64,000 nt of DNA from Mobula hypostoma (Eukaryota): NCBI RefSeq assembly GCF_963921235.1, contig NC_086097.1:59646001-59710000 (forward strand), in the 5' to 3' direction. The position numbers and the translations under genes were made by a program. This document shows, in pieces, positions 26,031-37,262 of this stretch (the first letter of the stretch is position 1; each line of letters begins with the position of its first letter). Under the pieces are notes generated by a model. It saw only the letters and a program-made list of their open reading frames with translations, was not told the DNA's origin and did no database searches.

Positions 26031-26894
26031 AATTCTTTTTTTTTGCTTGGGCCTCTTAGCTTAATCAAACAATATATTTGCAATTTACTCAAATATTACT
26101 GAAGAATTAAATACACAATGCTTCTCCTTGTTTAGCTATAAGCTCCAACTCAATGTACAATGCATTTCAATTTATATACTGTATACTATATAATGCAACT
26201 ACTAAACAGACATCCACAGCATAGTAAATTTTAAATCTTCGCATTCAAGCCTAAAGATTTAATCACTATGGAGACTTTCTTACTCTTGTGGGATATCATC
26301 CTTCCTGACAAGGGGAAGGTCACTCTGCTTGGCAGCTGGGACTCGTGGCTGTGAAACAATCTTGGGTTCTGTGGCCTCCTCTGTTGTGGTAGTAGGACTT
26401 GATCTGGGACTGTAGGAACTGGTTCTGACAGCTCTGAATATCTTTCTTCTGGGCAGGTGGATCACATTGGGCGAGTACAGTGTCTTACACAACCATTCCC
26501 TTTGCCCTTTGGAAAGGCATCTTTCCGATCTGTCGTGTTGAGTTCAAGGAAAGGCGCCCAGTAGCAAGATCTGATGTGAACCTGTTACAGTAATTAAAAA
26601 ATTCTAAAAAGGACCATCATGCTGATGTGTCTTTTGGCCCTGAGGCATCCACCACTGCTTGAATTTTCTCAGCACACTTGTGTAATCTTTGGATGTCAAT
26701 GGTGTGACAACAGTGAGTAATGCTTGGTTTAAATAATTCAACCTTGTTGCATTGTGCTTTGAGCCCATAATCTCCTAATCTTTTTAACACTGTTTTGAGA
26801 CTTTGGAGATGTTCCTTGTCATTCTTAATGGTGACAATAATGTCATGCAGGTAACACTGAGTGCCTGGACAGCCCTGCAGCACCTGATCCATTG

Positions 26895-27665
26895 TGGAAT
26901 ACTGCGTTGGGAAATGTATGATAATACCTCTTGCTAAAAAGAACAGAAGTGCGGACTATTATCTAAATAGGGAGAAGGTTCAAACATCAGAGATGCAGAG
27001 GGACTTAGGAGTCCTCGTGCAAGACTCCCAAAAGGTTAATTTATAGGTTGAGTCTGTGGTAAAGAAGGCAAATACAATGTTGGCATTTATTTCAAGAGGA
27101 CGAGAATATAAAAGCAAGGAGCTAATGCTGAGCCTTTATAAGACACTAGTCAAGCCGCACTTAGAGTATTGTCACCAGTTTTGGGCCCCATATCTCAGAA
27201 AGGACGTGTTGTCATTGGAGAGAGTCCAGAGGAGGTTCACGAGGATGATTGTGGGAATGCAGGGGTTAACATATGAGGCACTTTTGGCAACTTTGGGCCT
27301 ATACTCACTGGAATTTAGAAGAATGCAAGGGGGTCTCATTGAAACCTACCAAATATTGAAAGGACTAAATAGGGGGGATGTAGAGAGGATGTTTCCTCTG
27401 GTGGTTGTATCCAGAACTAGAGGGCAAAGCCTCAAAGATGAGGGGTGATCCTTTAGAACAGAGGTATGGAGAAATTCGTTTAGCCAGAGAGTAGCAAATC
27501 TGTGGAATGCTCTGCCACAGACTGCAGTGGAGGCCAAGTCCGTGCAGATATTTAAGGCGGAAGGTGATTGTTTCCTGATAGGTCAGGGCGTCAAAGGATA
27601 ATGCGAGAAGGCAGGTGTATAGGGTTGAGTGGGATCCAGGATCAGCCAGGATAGAATAGCAGAGT
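26895..27665 (+). mobile_element. CR1 LINE 3' fragment inserted in the Gypsy RT
   Basis: ORF 27056-27448 VKKANTMLAFISRG...KPHLEYCHQFWAP...LERVQRRFTRM; Gypsy RT sequence on both sides. Confidence 0.93.
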
Positions 27666-29505
27666 AGATGCTACTCCAAAAATAAGCCTGTTATGGCAAT
27701 AAAGTCATTTGTGAGTGTTGTTGATGAGAAAAACTTTAGACTCTTCTTCCTTCTTCAACCGTATGTGCGCCTCAGTTAAGTGCACTTTGCTGAAGTGTCT
27801 TCCGCCAGATAGGTTTGCAAAGATATCCTGTACCCTGGGCAAAGGGCATTGATCTACTTCCAGTACTGGGTTGGTGATGACCTGAAATTCATCACAGATC
27901 CTGACAGACCCATTCTTTTTGACTACTGGGATCACGAGTTGCTCACAGGCTTCAATCAACCTGAGAAAGAATTCCTTCATCTAGTTCAGTGGCTGCTTTA
28001 TCTCAGATGGTATAAGGAACCAAATAGTCTTTGTTAAACTTGGGTGTGTAATTTTCATTTATCATCATTTTATCCTTGATATGTTTGAGTTTTCCGATGC
28101 CATTCTTGAACACTGCTGTGGCATCATTCAGTACATTACTAAATTTGTTTTCATTTGACTCTATTACAAAGGTTATGGCATACAAATGGTAGATAAATCT
28201 CCAATCAAACTCTAGTCATCTCAGCCACACAAGTCCTCACATGCTGTCCGTCCTGGTTTTACCACATACAAACCCAATATGGCTTGTTCATTGTTGTGTA
28301 TCATTCCCACAGGAGTTATCTTTCCTCCTATCTATGTTCTTAGTTCGATATCTGCAGGCTTCAGTTCATAATCTTTGACATGTCATTCAAACACATTTTG
28401 TGGAATGACTGAAACAGCAGAGCCAGTGTCCAATTCCATTTTAATCAATTTGCCATTTACTTCTGGTGTAACCCATATTGGTTATCTATTGTTAGTTTTC
28501 ACTTTGCAAAGTCCTGTGTCAGTCTCATCTTTATCAGATTTTTCAGTATGCAGATTAGTGCTCTTTTTGAAACTGCAACTTGACTTTTTATCTTTTATTC
28601 ATCCTTGAGCAGTCCATTTATTTTTGTCTACATGACATGCTCTTCGTATGTGTCCTACTTTGTGACATTTTCTGCAAGTTTTGTCTTTAAACCTGCATTG
28701 GTCTGGTGTTAGAGAGCCCAACCACAATGGTAACACAATTTGTTTGGCCTGGCCAGTTTCTGTTTAGACATCACAATTTTGATCACGCTCATTTTCATTC
28801 CTGACTGCAACTCAATTACGGCTCTGTTTGCTATTTCCATTGATATTGTGATTTCAACTGCTCTTTTAAATGTAAGTTGTACTCCAGTAAAATACTACAA
28901 AATAAATGATCTCTCAGTGCATCATTAAGCCTGTTATAGCACTGATGATGCTCACATGACTTATTCAATTCAGCTATGTTTGCTGAAATGGGTTCCTCTT
29001 CCTTTGGATTCCACTTATGAAACCCAAATCATTCTACAATGAACAATGGTTTCATTTCTAAATGTCCCTGTATTACTTTCATGATATTAGCAAAGCTCAT
29101 TTTGGCTGATTTGGTTGGAACAGTTAGACTTCTAAGCAACTGTACACCTTTAAATCCAATGCACTCAGGAAAACTTTTATTTATTTCTCATAGGCAATTT
29201 CATTTGCTTTAAAATACTGCTCAATTACTCTGTATACATGAGTCAGTTATCCACTGTACAATGGAACACACCTATCTTTCTGATGTAGCCAAACATATTT
29301 GTTCCTTTTTTAAATGATTATTATCACTTGGTACTCACTGCTTATGAACTCATAAAATCTTCCATTCCCTGCATTCTTTTTCATTCATTAATTTTTCTGT
29401 TTTGAAAAGAAAATGTACTGTGCTTTTTTTAAAACTTGAATGCCTCACTGCGCTTCAACAGGTTGGCCGTCATCTTGGGTTCATTTAGAACTTTCTCATC
29501 ATCAC

Positions 29506-29733
29506 TGTTATACTTTGTAAGTCCAAAACATGAAAACTGATTGAGAGTTAAACAATGGAGCCAGGAATGTGAGTCTAACTTTGTTTTTACCTTAAGCAAG
29601 GCATGCAGGTATGATGTGGCGGCATACTAATATGTGCCATTTCCGTACTGTTACATGTAACTCACAATACATTATATAAAGAATGAAGAATGCTTAATCA
29701 AACAATACATAACTCTTGAATATCAAATACACA
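29506..29733 (-). repeat. 5' LTR of the minus-strand Gypsy element
   Basis: TG...CA ends; gcttaatcaaacaata...aaatacaca is repeated at 26059-26117. Confidence 0.78.
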
Positions 29734-29754
29734 ATAGGAAAATGGCGAGAGTTA

Positions 29755-29955
29755 GAAAATGCTGAAGGAACTCAACAAGTGAGGAAGCATTTGATGTTTC
29801 AGGCAGAGATCATTCATTAAGTCTTACGTTCAGGATAGGCATCTATAAGGGGAATAAACAATTGATGGTTCGAGCCAAGAGCTGGAAGGTCTACTGTTTA
29901 TCCCCTCCATAGATGTTCCCTGTCTTGCTGTGTTCGTCAAACATTTTGTATGTGT
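29755..29955. mobile_element. Penelope-derived terminal fragments in inverted arrangement
   Basis: aaaatgctgaaggaactcaacaag at the left and cttgctgtgttcgtcaaacatttt at the right are imperfect reverse complements; both match the terminus near 37230. Confidence 0.62.
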
Positions 29956-32269
29956 TCCTCGCAGTCCTTGCTGCGAAAAAAGCCTGTTAATGTCTCTCCA
30001 AACCTTTAAAGTAATTTAAATTATTCCATCAGACCAGTTTGGCTCCAAATTGCCAGAAGCATTAGCCTTCTCTGAAAGGTGTTCATCCCAACCTCTTAAA
30101 GGAATATAGCAAGCAGACTTGAAAAGTCACAGTAGTTTTTGCCCTTTATATACATATGAATAATGGTAAAGCCTTAGTAAAAGAATATCAGTGATTATCT
30201 CAACAGAAAACTGGAAACAGGTGCAATATTTCCCATGGCAAAGGTGTTAAACAGCATCCTCACCTGTGGTGTCATGGAAACATCACAGGGATTAGACACA
30301 ACATGACAGATAAAAAAAATGACAAGTGGCTAAGTTACATTCCTGAACTTTGCTGGAAACAATCATGTCTGAAATCTTTCAAAAACTATTGTGTATCGTG
30401 GATATTGAGCCGTGCTTAAAAAGCAGCCTAAGTCAGAAAAGAGCAGTGTGCCAATCAATTTGTGCTAATGCACATGACTGAGAGGCAGAGCAGATAAAGG
30501 TTCGTCACAGGTCAAGGAGTGTGGCTGAAGTTTGAAGAGGCCTAATGAGTGGAGTATGGAGGCTTCAAGCCTCCTTTGGGATGATTGGGAGTTTGAGATT
30601 TGTGGGAGGGGAAGAGTGTATCAGCGAGAAAAGTTCATGATTGTTTGATGGAAATGAGTCACGTTGTAATTAATTGTGGGCTCAAGCTTTTGCTGTTATT
30701 TTATTTATATTCTTAGCTGGTGTTAAGTTCAATAATTTCTGATGAAAGTAAATAAATCATCTTCAAGTATGTTACTTCCTAAGCTTCATTATTCTCTTAT
30801 TATAGGCCCTTGAAATGGTCTGTGTGCGCTGCATCAGTATGCAGTATAACTTCTGGATGTTATGAATCTAATCATTTACTACCCTTCAGCAAGTCTAGCG
30901 GTTTTGCATTCATGTTCAGTTAGCAGCACAACAATTACATTTCAGATGCTGCAGTGGTTTGAGTCAGCTGCTCATTGCCATTTCTGAGGGGTAATGAGTG
31001 TTGGCAAGGCCACATACACACTGCAAATCGATCAAAGGAAGCAACATTCACATTGGTCAGGCTTACTACAACCTGATGAATTCCTTCCCCTGCTACCCAT
31101 TCAAATCACACCTTTAACACACCACAGTTCTCAGTCTCATTGCAATTGAAATATTGAAGTTTTTGTACTTAAAATTAACAGCCCTTTGTGTCTTCCTGCT
31201 CCACATATTTTATAGTTAACCAAGTCATACTTTAGCCATAAATACAGCAAATAAAATCAGCTAATGCTACATTGTGTTATAGATAAAGATTCAGTAAATT
31301 CTATATAATGTAAAATGTCTATCGATTTATGAAAGAACCTGATTATTTGACTGCAAACTTCTTTCTGATTTTAGTCATGTTCACGGCTCCTCAAATATCT
31401 GAAGTTGCTTTATAATAATATGAATTGTCTTTTCAGGACTATTAGCATCATATAAAATTTAAGAAATTGAGTTTATTTCCAATTCATTTCTTTGAAGTTT
31501 ATGTTCAGAAACAACAAAGCTGAGATAGTGAATGCTTTATTTATCTGGGGGTGTTACTATGATTACACTGTTATCTGTTGCTTCTACATGTAATTCCTCT
31601 TGGGTTAAAAAATGGAACAATTAATATTTACAAGCAGAACCAAAGATCAACTGTGAGACATAAGGGAAATGACAAACTAGCCTCAACAATGTGAATGCAT
31701 ATGCAGAAAATCATCTACAATTAATTATCTTAATAGACAGATGCCAACATTCTTCCTAATGTGAGAGTCAACAATGGAGCACACACCTCAGATATGCTGT
31801 CCTTTGTAAACACAATCACATTTATCAGTTCTTTTTTAAAAAGCACTTCCAATGAACAGAGATTAGACTGCAATAAGCAAGTCAAGATTTAAAATGGCAA
31901 ATTAAATGAACAGATGGACCATGTATATTTCAACTGTGTATGTGGAAAAGAGGGAGCAAATTGCCTTCTTTGTTATTTTAACAATTATTAATCAATTTCT
32001 GTTCTCTCTTTTGTTCTGAAGTGAACTTCATGTTTGACTATGAAGGAGAAATGAAGGTGTACTTGATTGACCCTCAGTTTCCTACAGGTCTTTTTTCCTT
32101 TTAACAGTACATTGATCTCCACGCACCAAGAGCCCTGTTTTGAGTTCCAAATGAGGACCTGTGTGCATTATGACAGAACTGATTTCAATCGAAGTAGTAG
32201 GGCAGAGTAGCACACCTGAAGGAAGTTCTAATTTTGCCATACAGGAAGCTTTAAAGTCCTTCTAGCATA

Positions 32270-32637
32270 CACACAGTGGCAACTTTATTAGGTACCTCCT
32301 GTACCTAATAAAGTAGCCACTGAGTGCATGTTTGTGATTTTCTGTTGCTGTAGCCCATTCACTTCAAGGTTTAATGTGTTGTGCATTCAGAAATGCTCTT
32401 CTGTACACTACTGTTGTAATGCATGGTTGATTGAATTACTGTCACCTTCCCAACAGTTTGAATCATTCCAGCCATTCTTCTCTGACTTCTCTCAATAACA
32501 AGGTGATTTTGCCCACAGAAATGCCACTTACTGGATTTTTTTTTTGTTTGTCGCACCATTAACCATGATTGACTAATTAGATATTTGCAATTAATGAGTA
32601 GGAGTACAGGTGTACCTAGTAAAGTGGCCACTGAGTA
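32270..32637 (-). mobile_element. Tc1/mariner MITE-like deletion derivative with TIRs
   Basis: TA-preceded TIR cacacagtggcaactttattaggtac and right TIR gtacctagtaaagtggccactgag; internal transposase N-terminal remnant (ORF 32371-32631). Confidence 0.88.
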
Positions 32638-33459
32638 TTTTCAGAGAAATGTTGTCTCATTTCTATATACATTATATTGTTACATACATTATATACATGT
32701 ATATAGTTGTATGACAATAAACTTGATATAGTGCATTCTATCATTGAAGTTAACCATAATTCTTGTTGATAAGTGCTACCCAGTGCTAACCATTGTTTTT
32801 TTTTAATCTTCCTTCAAGTTTCTGTTCCTGCACTGGGGAGACAAGTATCAGGCTAAACCATGACAAAGACAGTTTGCAAATATGGGGAAGGGTAAATGCA
32901 CAGAGGAAAACATAGTGATCCAGTTTTGTGGAGTTAAAATTCGGCTCATTAAAGTAATAAAATTCTTAATATGAATTGAAATATTCTTTATTCTTCTCCT
33001 CTTCAGTTGCTAGTGATCAACACCGTGCCCTGAGGATGACATTGCGTGTAACACATGGTCACAGATCTTAACAGGTAATCAACATCTGAGTATCTATGCT
33101 TCAAAAAGGATAACCTCCCTGAAATCTTCAACCTTTGGTGCCACAGACTCAGCTTTACAGCAGGGTGAAGATCACATTTGGTCCAAAATATTGTTCTTGC
33201 AGAGTAGTGGTGTTTCAACACGCTCTTTGTTTGCCCATCATACTTTCTGAGGCAACGTGATGTCTTCTCTGATATTTGCATTAACAAGGAGGTTACAGCT
33301 GTACCTAATGAAATGATCACTCAAGCGTAGATATCCCTGTGGTCACTTCAGAAGTTAGAACCTCTGAAAGCAGGGCTACAGGCATTCCAAGGAATACTTC
33401 ATAGAGGAAGCAATAGGCATAGTTAGATAGGAAAGAGGCACGAGAAGGAGAATGAGTGT

Positions 33460-34163
33460 TGGTGGTCGAGTGGTAGCGCAACGACAACATTGCACACAAT
33501 GTCAGCGAGGCCAACGAATTGATTGTGGACTTCAGGAAGGGGAAGATGAGGGAACACTTACTAGTACTCATCAAGGGATCAGTGGTGGAAAGAGTAAGCA
33601 TTTTCATGTTCCTTAGGGTCAATATTTATCCCAGGACAAACATATTAATGCAATCACAAAGACGGCATGATATCATTAGGAGATGGAAGAGATTTAGCAT
33701 GTCACAGAATACTGTTACAAATTTCTAGAGATGTATAGTGGAGACCAGTCTGACCAATTGCATCACAGCCTTGTATAGAAACTCAAATTCACAAGATTGA
33801 AAGACATTGCAGAGGGTTGTAAAATCAGCCACTTCCATCATGGGAACAAGCCTCCCCACCATCAAGGGCATCTTCAAATGGTGGTGCCTCAAGAAGTCAG
33901 CATCCAACATTAACGACCCTCACCATCCAGGACATGCCTTCTTCTCATTATTGCCATATGCGAGGAGGATAGCAGCCAGAAAATGTGCACTCATTATTTT
34001 AGGATCTCTCTGTATTTAGCTTCTTTCCCTTTGCCATTCATCAGATTTCTAAATGGTCCATGAATCCACGAACACTCTTTCTCTTTAACATTATTTGTTT
34101 ATTTTTTATTGTCACCTACTGCAAATTTTGTTTTGCTGCCACACAAAAAAAAAATTTCATCAC
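33460..34163 (+). mobile_element. Rex1/Babar-type LINE 3' fragment
   Basis: ELIVDFRK, VERVSIFMFLRVNI, LQRVVKSATSIMGTSLP, DPHHPGHAFFSLLP. Confidence 0.88.
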
Positions 34164-34164
34164 A

Positions 34165-35010
34165 TAGTACCTCAAAGGATCATTCAGCTCTTAACCGTTT
34201 GTTCAGATAAATGAGTATTACAACCAGGGATTTTGATCAATTTAACTAAAAACTTTTATTTGTGTGTCACATGCTCCTTTTTCACAATAGAGCCCAAAAA
34301 AGGCAGGGAAAGTTGTAAAGCAAGAAAAAATTCAGAAGTATTCATTGCCTTTTGCTCAGTACTTAGTTGAATCACCTTTCACAGCTGGTACAGCCAGTAG
34401 TCTTTTTGGATAAGTCTTTATTACCTTTGCATAACATGGTGGAGCAATATTTGCCCATTTCTCCTTTGCAAAATTGCTCAAGCTGTGCCAGGTTAGTTGG
34501 AGAGCGGCGCCGAACAGAAATCTTGAAGTTTTTGCCAGAGATATTTGAACGGTTTAAGATCAGGACTCTAATTGGGCCAGCTAAGGACTTAGTCTTTCTT
34601 CACATGGTCACTCGGTGGTTGCTCCAGAAATATGCTTTGGGTCATTGTCCTGCTGAAAAATAAACTTCCTCCCCAGTTTAAGTTATCTGGCAGAGGCTAT
34701 CAGGTTTTTATCCCGGATCTTGCTGTATTTAGCAGCATTCATCTTCCCATCAATCCTGACCAGATTCCTAGCCCCTGCTGCTGGAAAGCATCCCTTAAGC
34801 ATGCTGCTACCTCCGCCATACTTTACAGTAGGGATGATGTTACTTGACTGATGCGCAGGGTTAGATTTATGCCACACACACACTCTTTAGTGTTGAGGCC
34901 AAAAAGCTCCACTTTAGTTTCATCAGGCCACAAAACATCTGTTCACATCTTTGCAGCATTTTCAAGGGATGCTTTGCAAAGTCTTTACGGGCAAGGATAT
35001 GCCTTTTTGC
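34165..35010 (-). mobile_element. Tc1 transposon, 3' half with DDE transposase pseudogene
   Basis: WPDETKVELFG, PTVKYGGGSSMLKGCF, GKMNAAKY, FQQDNDPKH, WPN*SPDL; decayed TIR-like sequence near 34165. Confidence 0.92.
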
Positions 35011-35824
35011 AGCGGTACGTTAGGAGTAAATCTAACAGTGCTCATTTCATCTGATACCATACTCCTTTAGCGGCCCATTGTCCTTAGGCTTGTTTAAAAT
35101 GTAATAAAGGATAAGGAAAAAAGCATTAGCAGCTGAAGAGCAAGAATCTGCAGTCATCTGAGCATAAATTCCAAGGAACACACTCTACAATTCAAAGTGC
35201 AATATTTTCTTCAGCATTTGACTTCAACAGAGGCAGAGCTAATTGAATTGTTATTTGACTGGTACAAGTATTTCTGGTAACATTAGCAGTAAAGAGGTAA
35301 ACACCAGAATTCAGAATTAGAAAGTTGGAAAAATCAAGTTCAAAAATAATTTTTTGCTGAAGTCTCAGGAGCAAACTTTTGATGATATGCTTGTTTGTGA
35401 TGATTTTATTGCAGGCCTCTTAAGGCTTTCAAATTTGACCAAATTACAACATACTGAGGAGAAAGCATCAGTGAAGCAGCTGAGGCAGAGGGAATGAGAC
35501 AGGTACATATATAGTGCTGTCCTTTGGGACATGCTTTAAAATTCATAACTTGTCACGAAATCCATGTGCTGATATTTCCTGTCACTAGAATTATTCTCAC
35601 TGCAAGACTGATGTTTTTTTTCAATTCAGTAAAAACTGCATCAAATCCATATTAACCACTGATCTACATACATGCGCAATTTGAACAGAACCAAAATTAA
35701 AGATTGTGATCATTCAATATATACACAAATTTTATTTTGCACCAAGAGCATTTTGCAAATAAAATGCATTTTAGAAAATGAAAATTATTGATAGTGTTAT
35801 AGTGGAAATATATTACTGTTACAA

Positions 35825-36850
35825 ACACAAGTCTGCTCTGCCATTCAATCATGGCTGATCCTTTTTTTCTCCTCCTCAGCCCCACTCCCTGGCCTTCTCC
35901 CCATAACCTTTGAAGCTGTGGTCAATCAAGAACCTTAAGTACAGCCAACGACCTGGCATCCACAGCTGCCTGTGTTAACAAATTCCACAAATTCACCACC
36001 CTCTAGCTGAGGAAATTTTTCCGCATCTCTGTTTTAAACGGATGCCGCTCAATCCTGAGGCTGTGCCCTCTTGTCCTAGACTCCCCCACCATGGGAAACA
36101 TTCTTTTCACATCTACTGTGTCTAGGGCTTTCAGCCTTCGAAAAGGTTCAATGAGATCCCCGTCCGCTCATTCTTCTAAATTCCAGCAAGTACAGGCCCA
36201 GAGTTATCAAGCATTCCTCATATGATAACCCTTTCATTCTGGGAAACATCCTTGTGATCCTCCTCTGGACCCTCTCCAAGGCTAGCACATCTCAAGGAGC
36301 CCAAACCTATTCACAATACTCAAGGTGAGGCCTCACCAGTGCTTTATAAAGCCTCAGCATCACATCCCTGCTCTTATATTCTAGACAGCTTGAAATGAAT
36401 GCCAATACTGCGTTTGCCTTCCTCACCAGCGACTCAACCTGCAAATTATCCTTTAGGATGTTCTGCACAAGCACTGCCAAGTCCCTTTGCGCCTCAGATT
36501 TTTGGATTTTCTTTCTGTTTAAAAAAATAATTGCACATTTATTTCTTCTAGCAAAGTGCATGACCATGCATTTTCCGACATTATATTTTATTTGCCACTC
36601 TCTTGCCCATTCTCCTAATCTATCTAAGTCCTTCTGCAGCCTACCTGTTTCCTCAACACTACTTGCCCCTCCACCAGTCTTCGTATCCTCTGCAAACTTG
36701 GCAACAAAGCCATCTATTCCATCATCTAAATCATTGATGTACAGCATAAAATGAAGCAATCCCAACATCGATCCCTGTGGAACACCACTGATCACTGGCA
36801 GTCAACCAGAAAAGAATCCTTTTATTTCTACTCGCTGCCTCCTACCAATC
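35825..36850 (-). mobile_element. CR1 LINE 3' fragment
   Basis: ORF 36307-36795 SGVPQGSMLG...KFAEDTK...RPHLEYC; 3' UTR gatcagccatgattgaatggcagagcagac. Confidence 0.94.
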
Positions 36851-37262
36851 AAGGTGTGGAGGAGCAACACCTTATATTCGGTTTTGGGATCCTCCAACCT
36901 GATGGCATGAATTTTGTTTTCTCTTTCTGGGAAACAAATTTTCCCCCACTTTGTCTATTCCCCACTAACATTTACCTCCTCTCACATGCCCATTATTTTC
37001 CCCCGACTCCCCTCCACCTTCACTTTTCCCCATGGTCCACTCTTCCCTCCTATCATATTTTCCAACCCTTGTCCTTTCTCAGCCACCTGGCTTCTCCCAT
37101 CACCTTGCAGCTTGCCTCCTTCCCTCCCCCCCATTTTTTATTCTGGCATCTTCCCTCTTCCTTCTGTCCTGAAGAAGGCTTTGGCCCAAAATGTCGACTG
37201 TCTGTTCATTTTCAAGGATGTTGCCTGACTTGCTGAGTTCCTCCAGCGTTTTGTGTCTGTTG
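36851..37262 (+). mobile_element. Penelope-like element 3' end (GIY-YIG C-terminus, pyrimidine-rich UTR, terminal repeat)
   Basis: EEQHLIFGFGILQPDGMN matches the PLE E...I..L..L.P.G.N C-terminal motif; terminus gctgagttcctccagcgttttgtgt. Confidence 0.85.
37164..37200 (+). ncRNA. Degenerate minimal hammerhead ribozyme of a Penelope element
   Basis: ctgtc-CTGAAGA-a-ggc tttg gcc-c-AAAA-t-GTC-gactg; CUGANGA box and GUC site intact, GAAAC changed to AAAAT. Confidence 0.62.

Larger units (their letters stand above)
26059..29733 (-). mobile_element. Gypsy/Ty3 LTR retrotransposon, degenerate (gag, protease, RT; RNase H/integrase largely deleted), interrupted by a CR1
   Basis: 5' LTR 29506-29733; decayed PBS (gtgatgatgag, probably from gtggcgacgag); zinc knuckle CRKCHKVGH; protease MELDTGSAVSVI; RT PVVKKNGSVRIC and QCYLHDIIVT; PPT and ~60 bp of the 3' LTR at 26059-26117. 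Confidence 0.9.
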
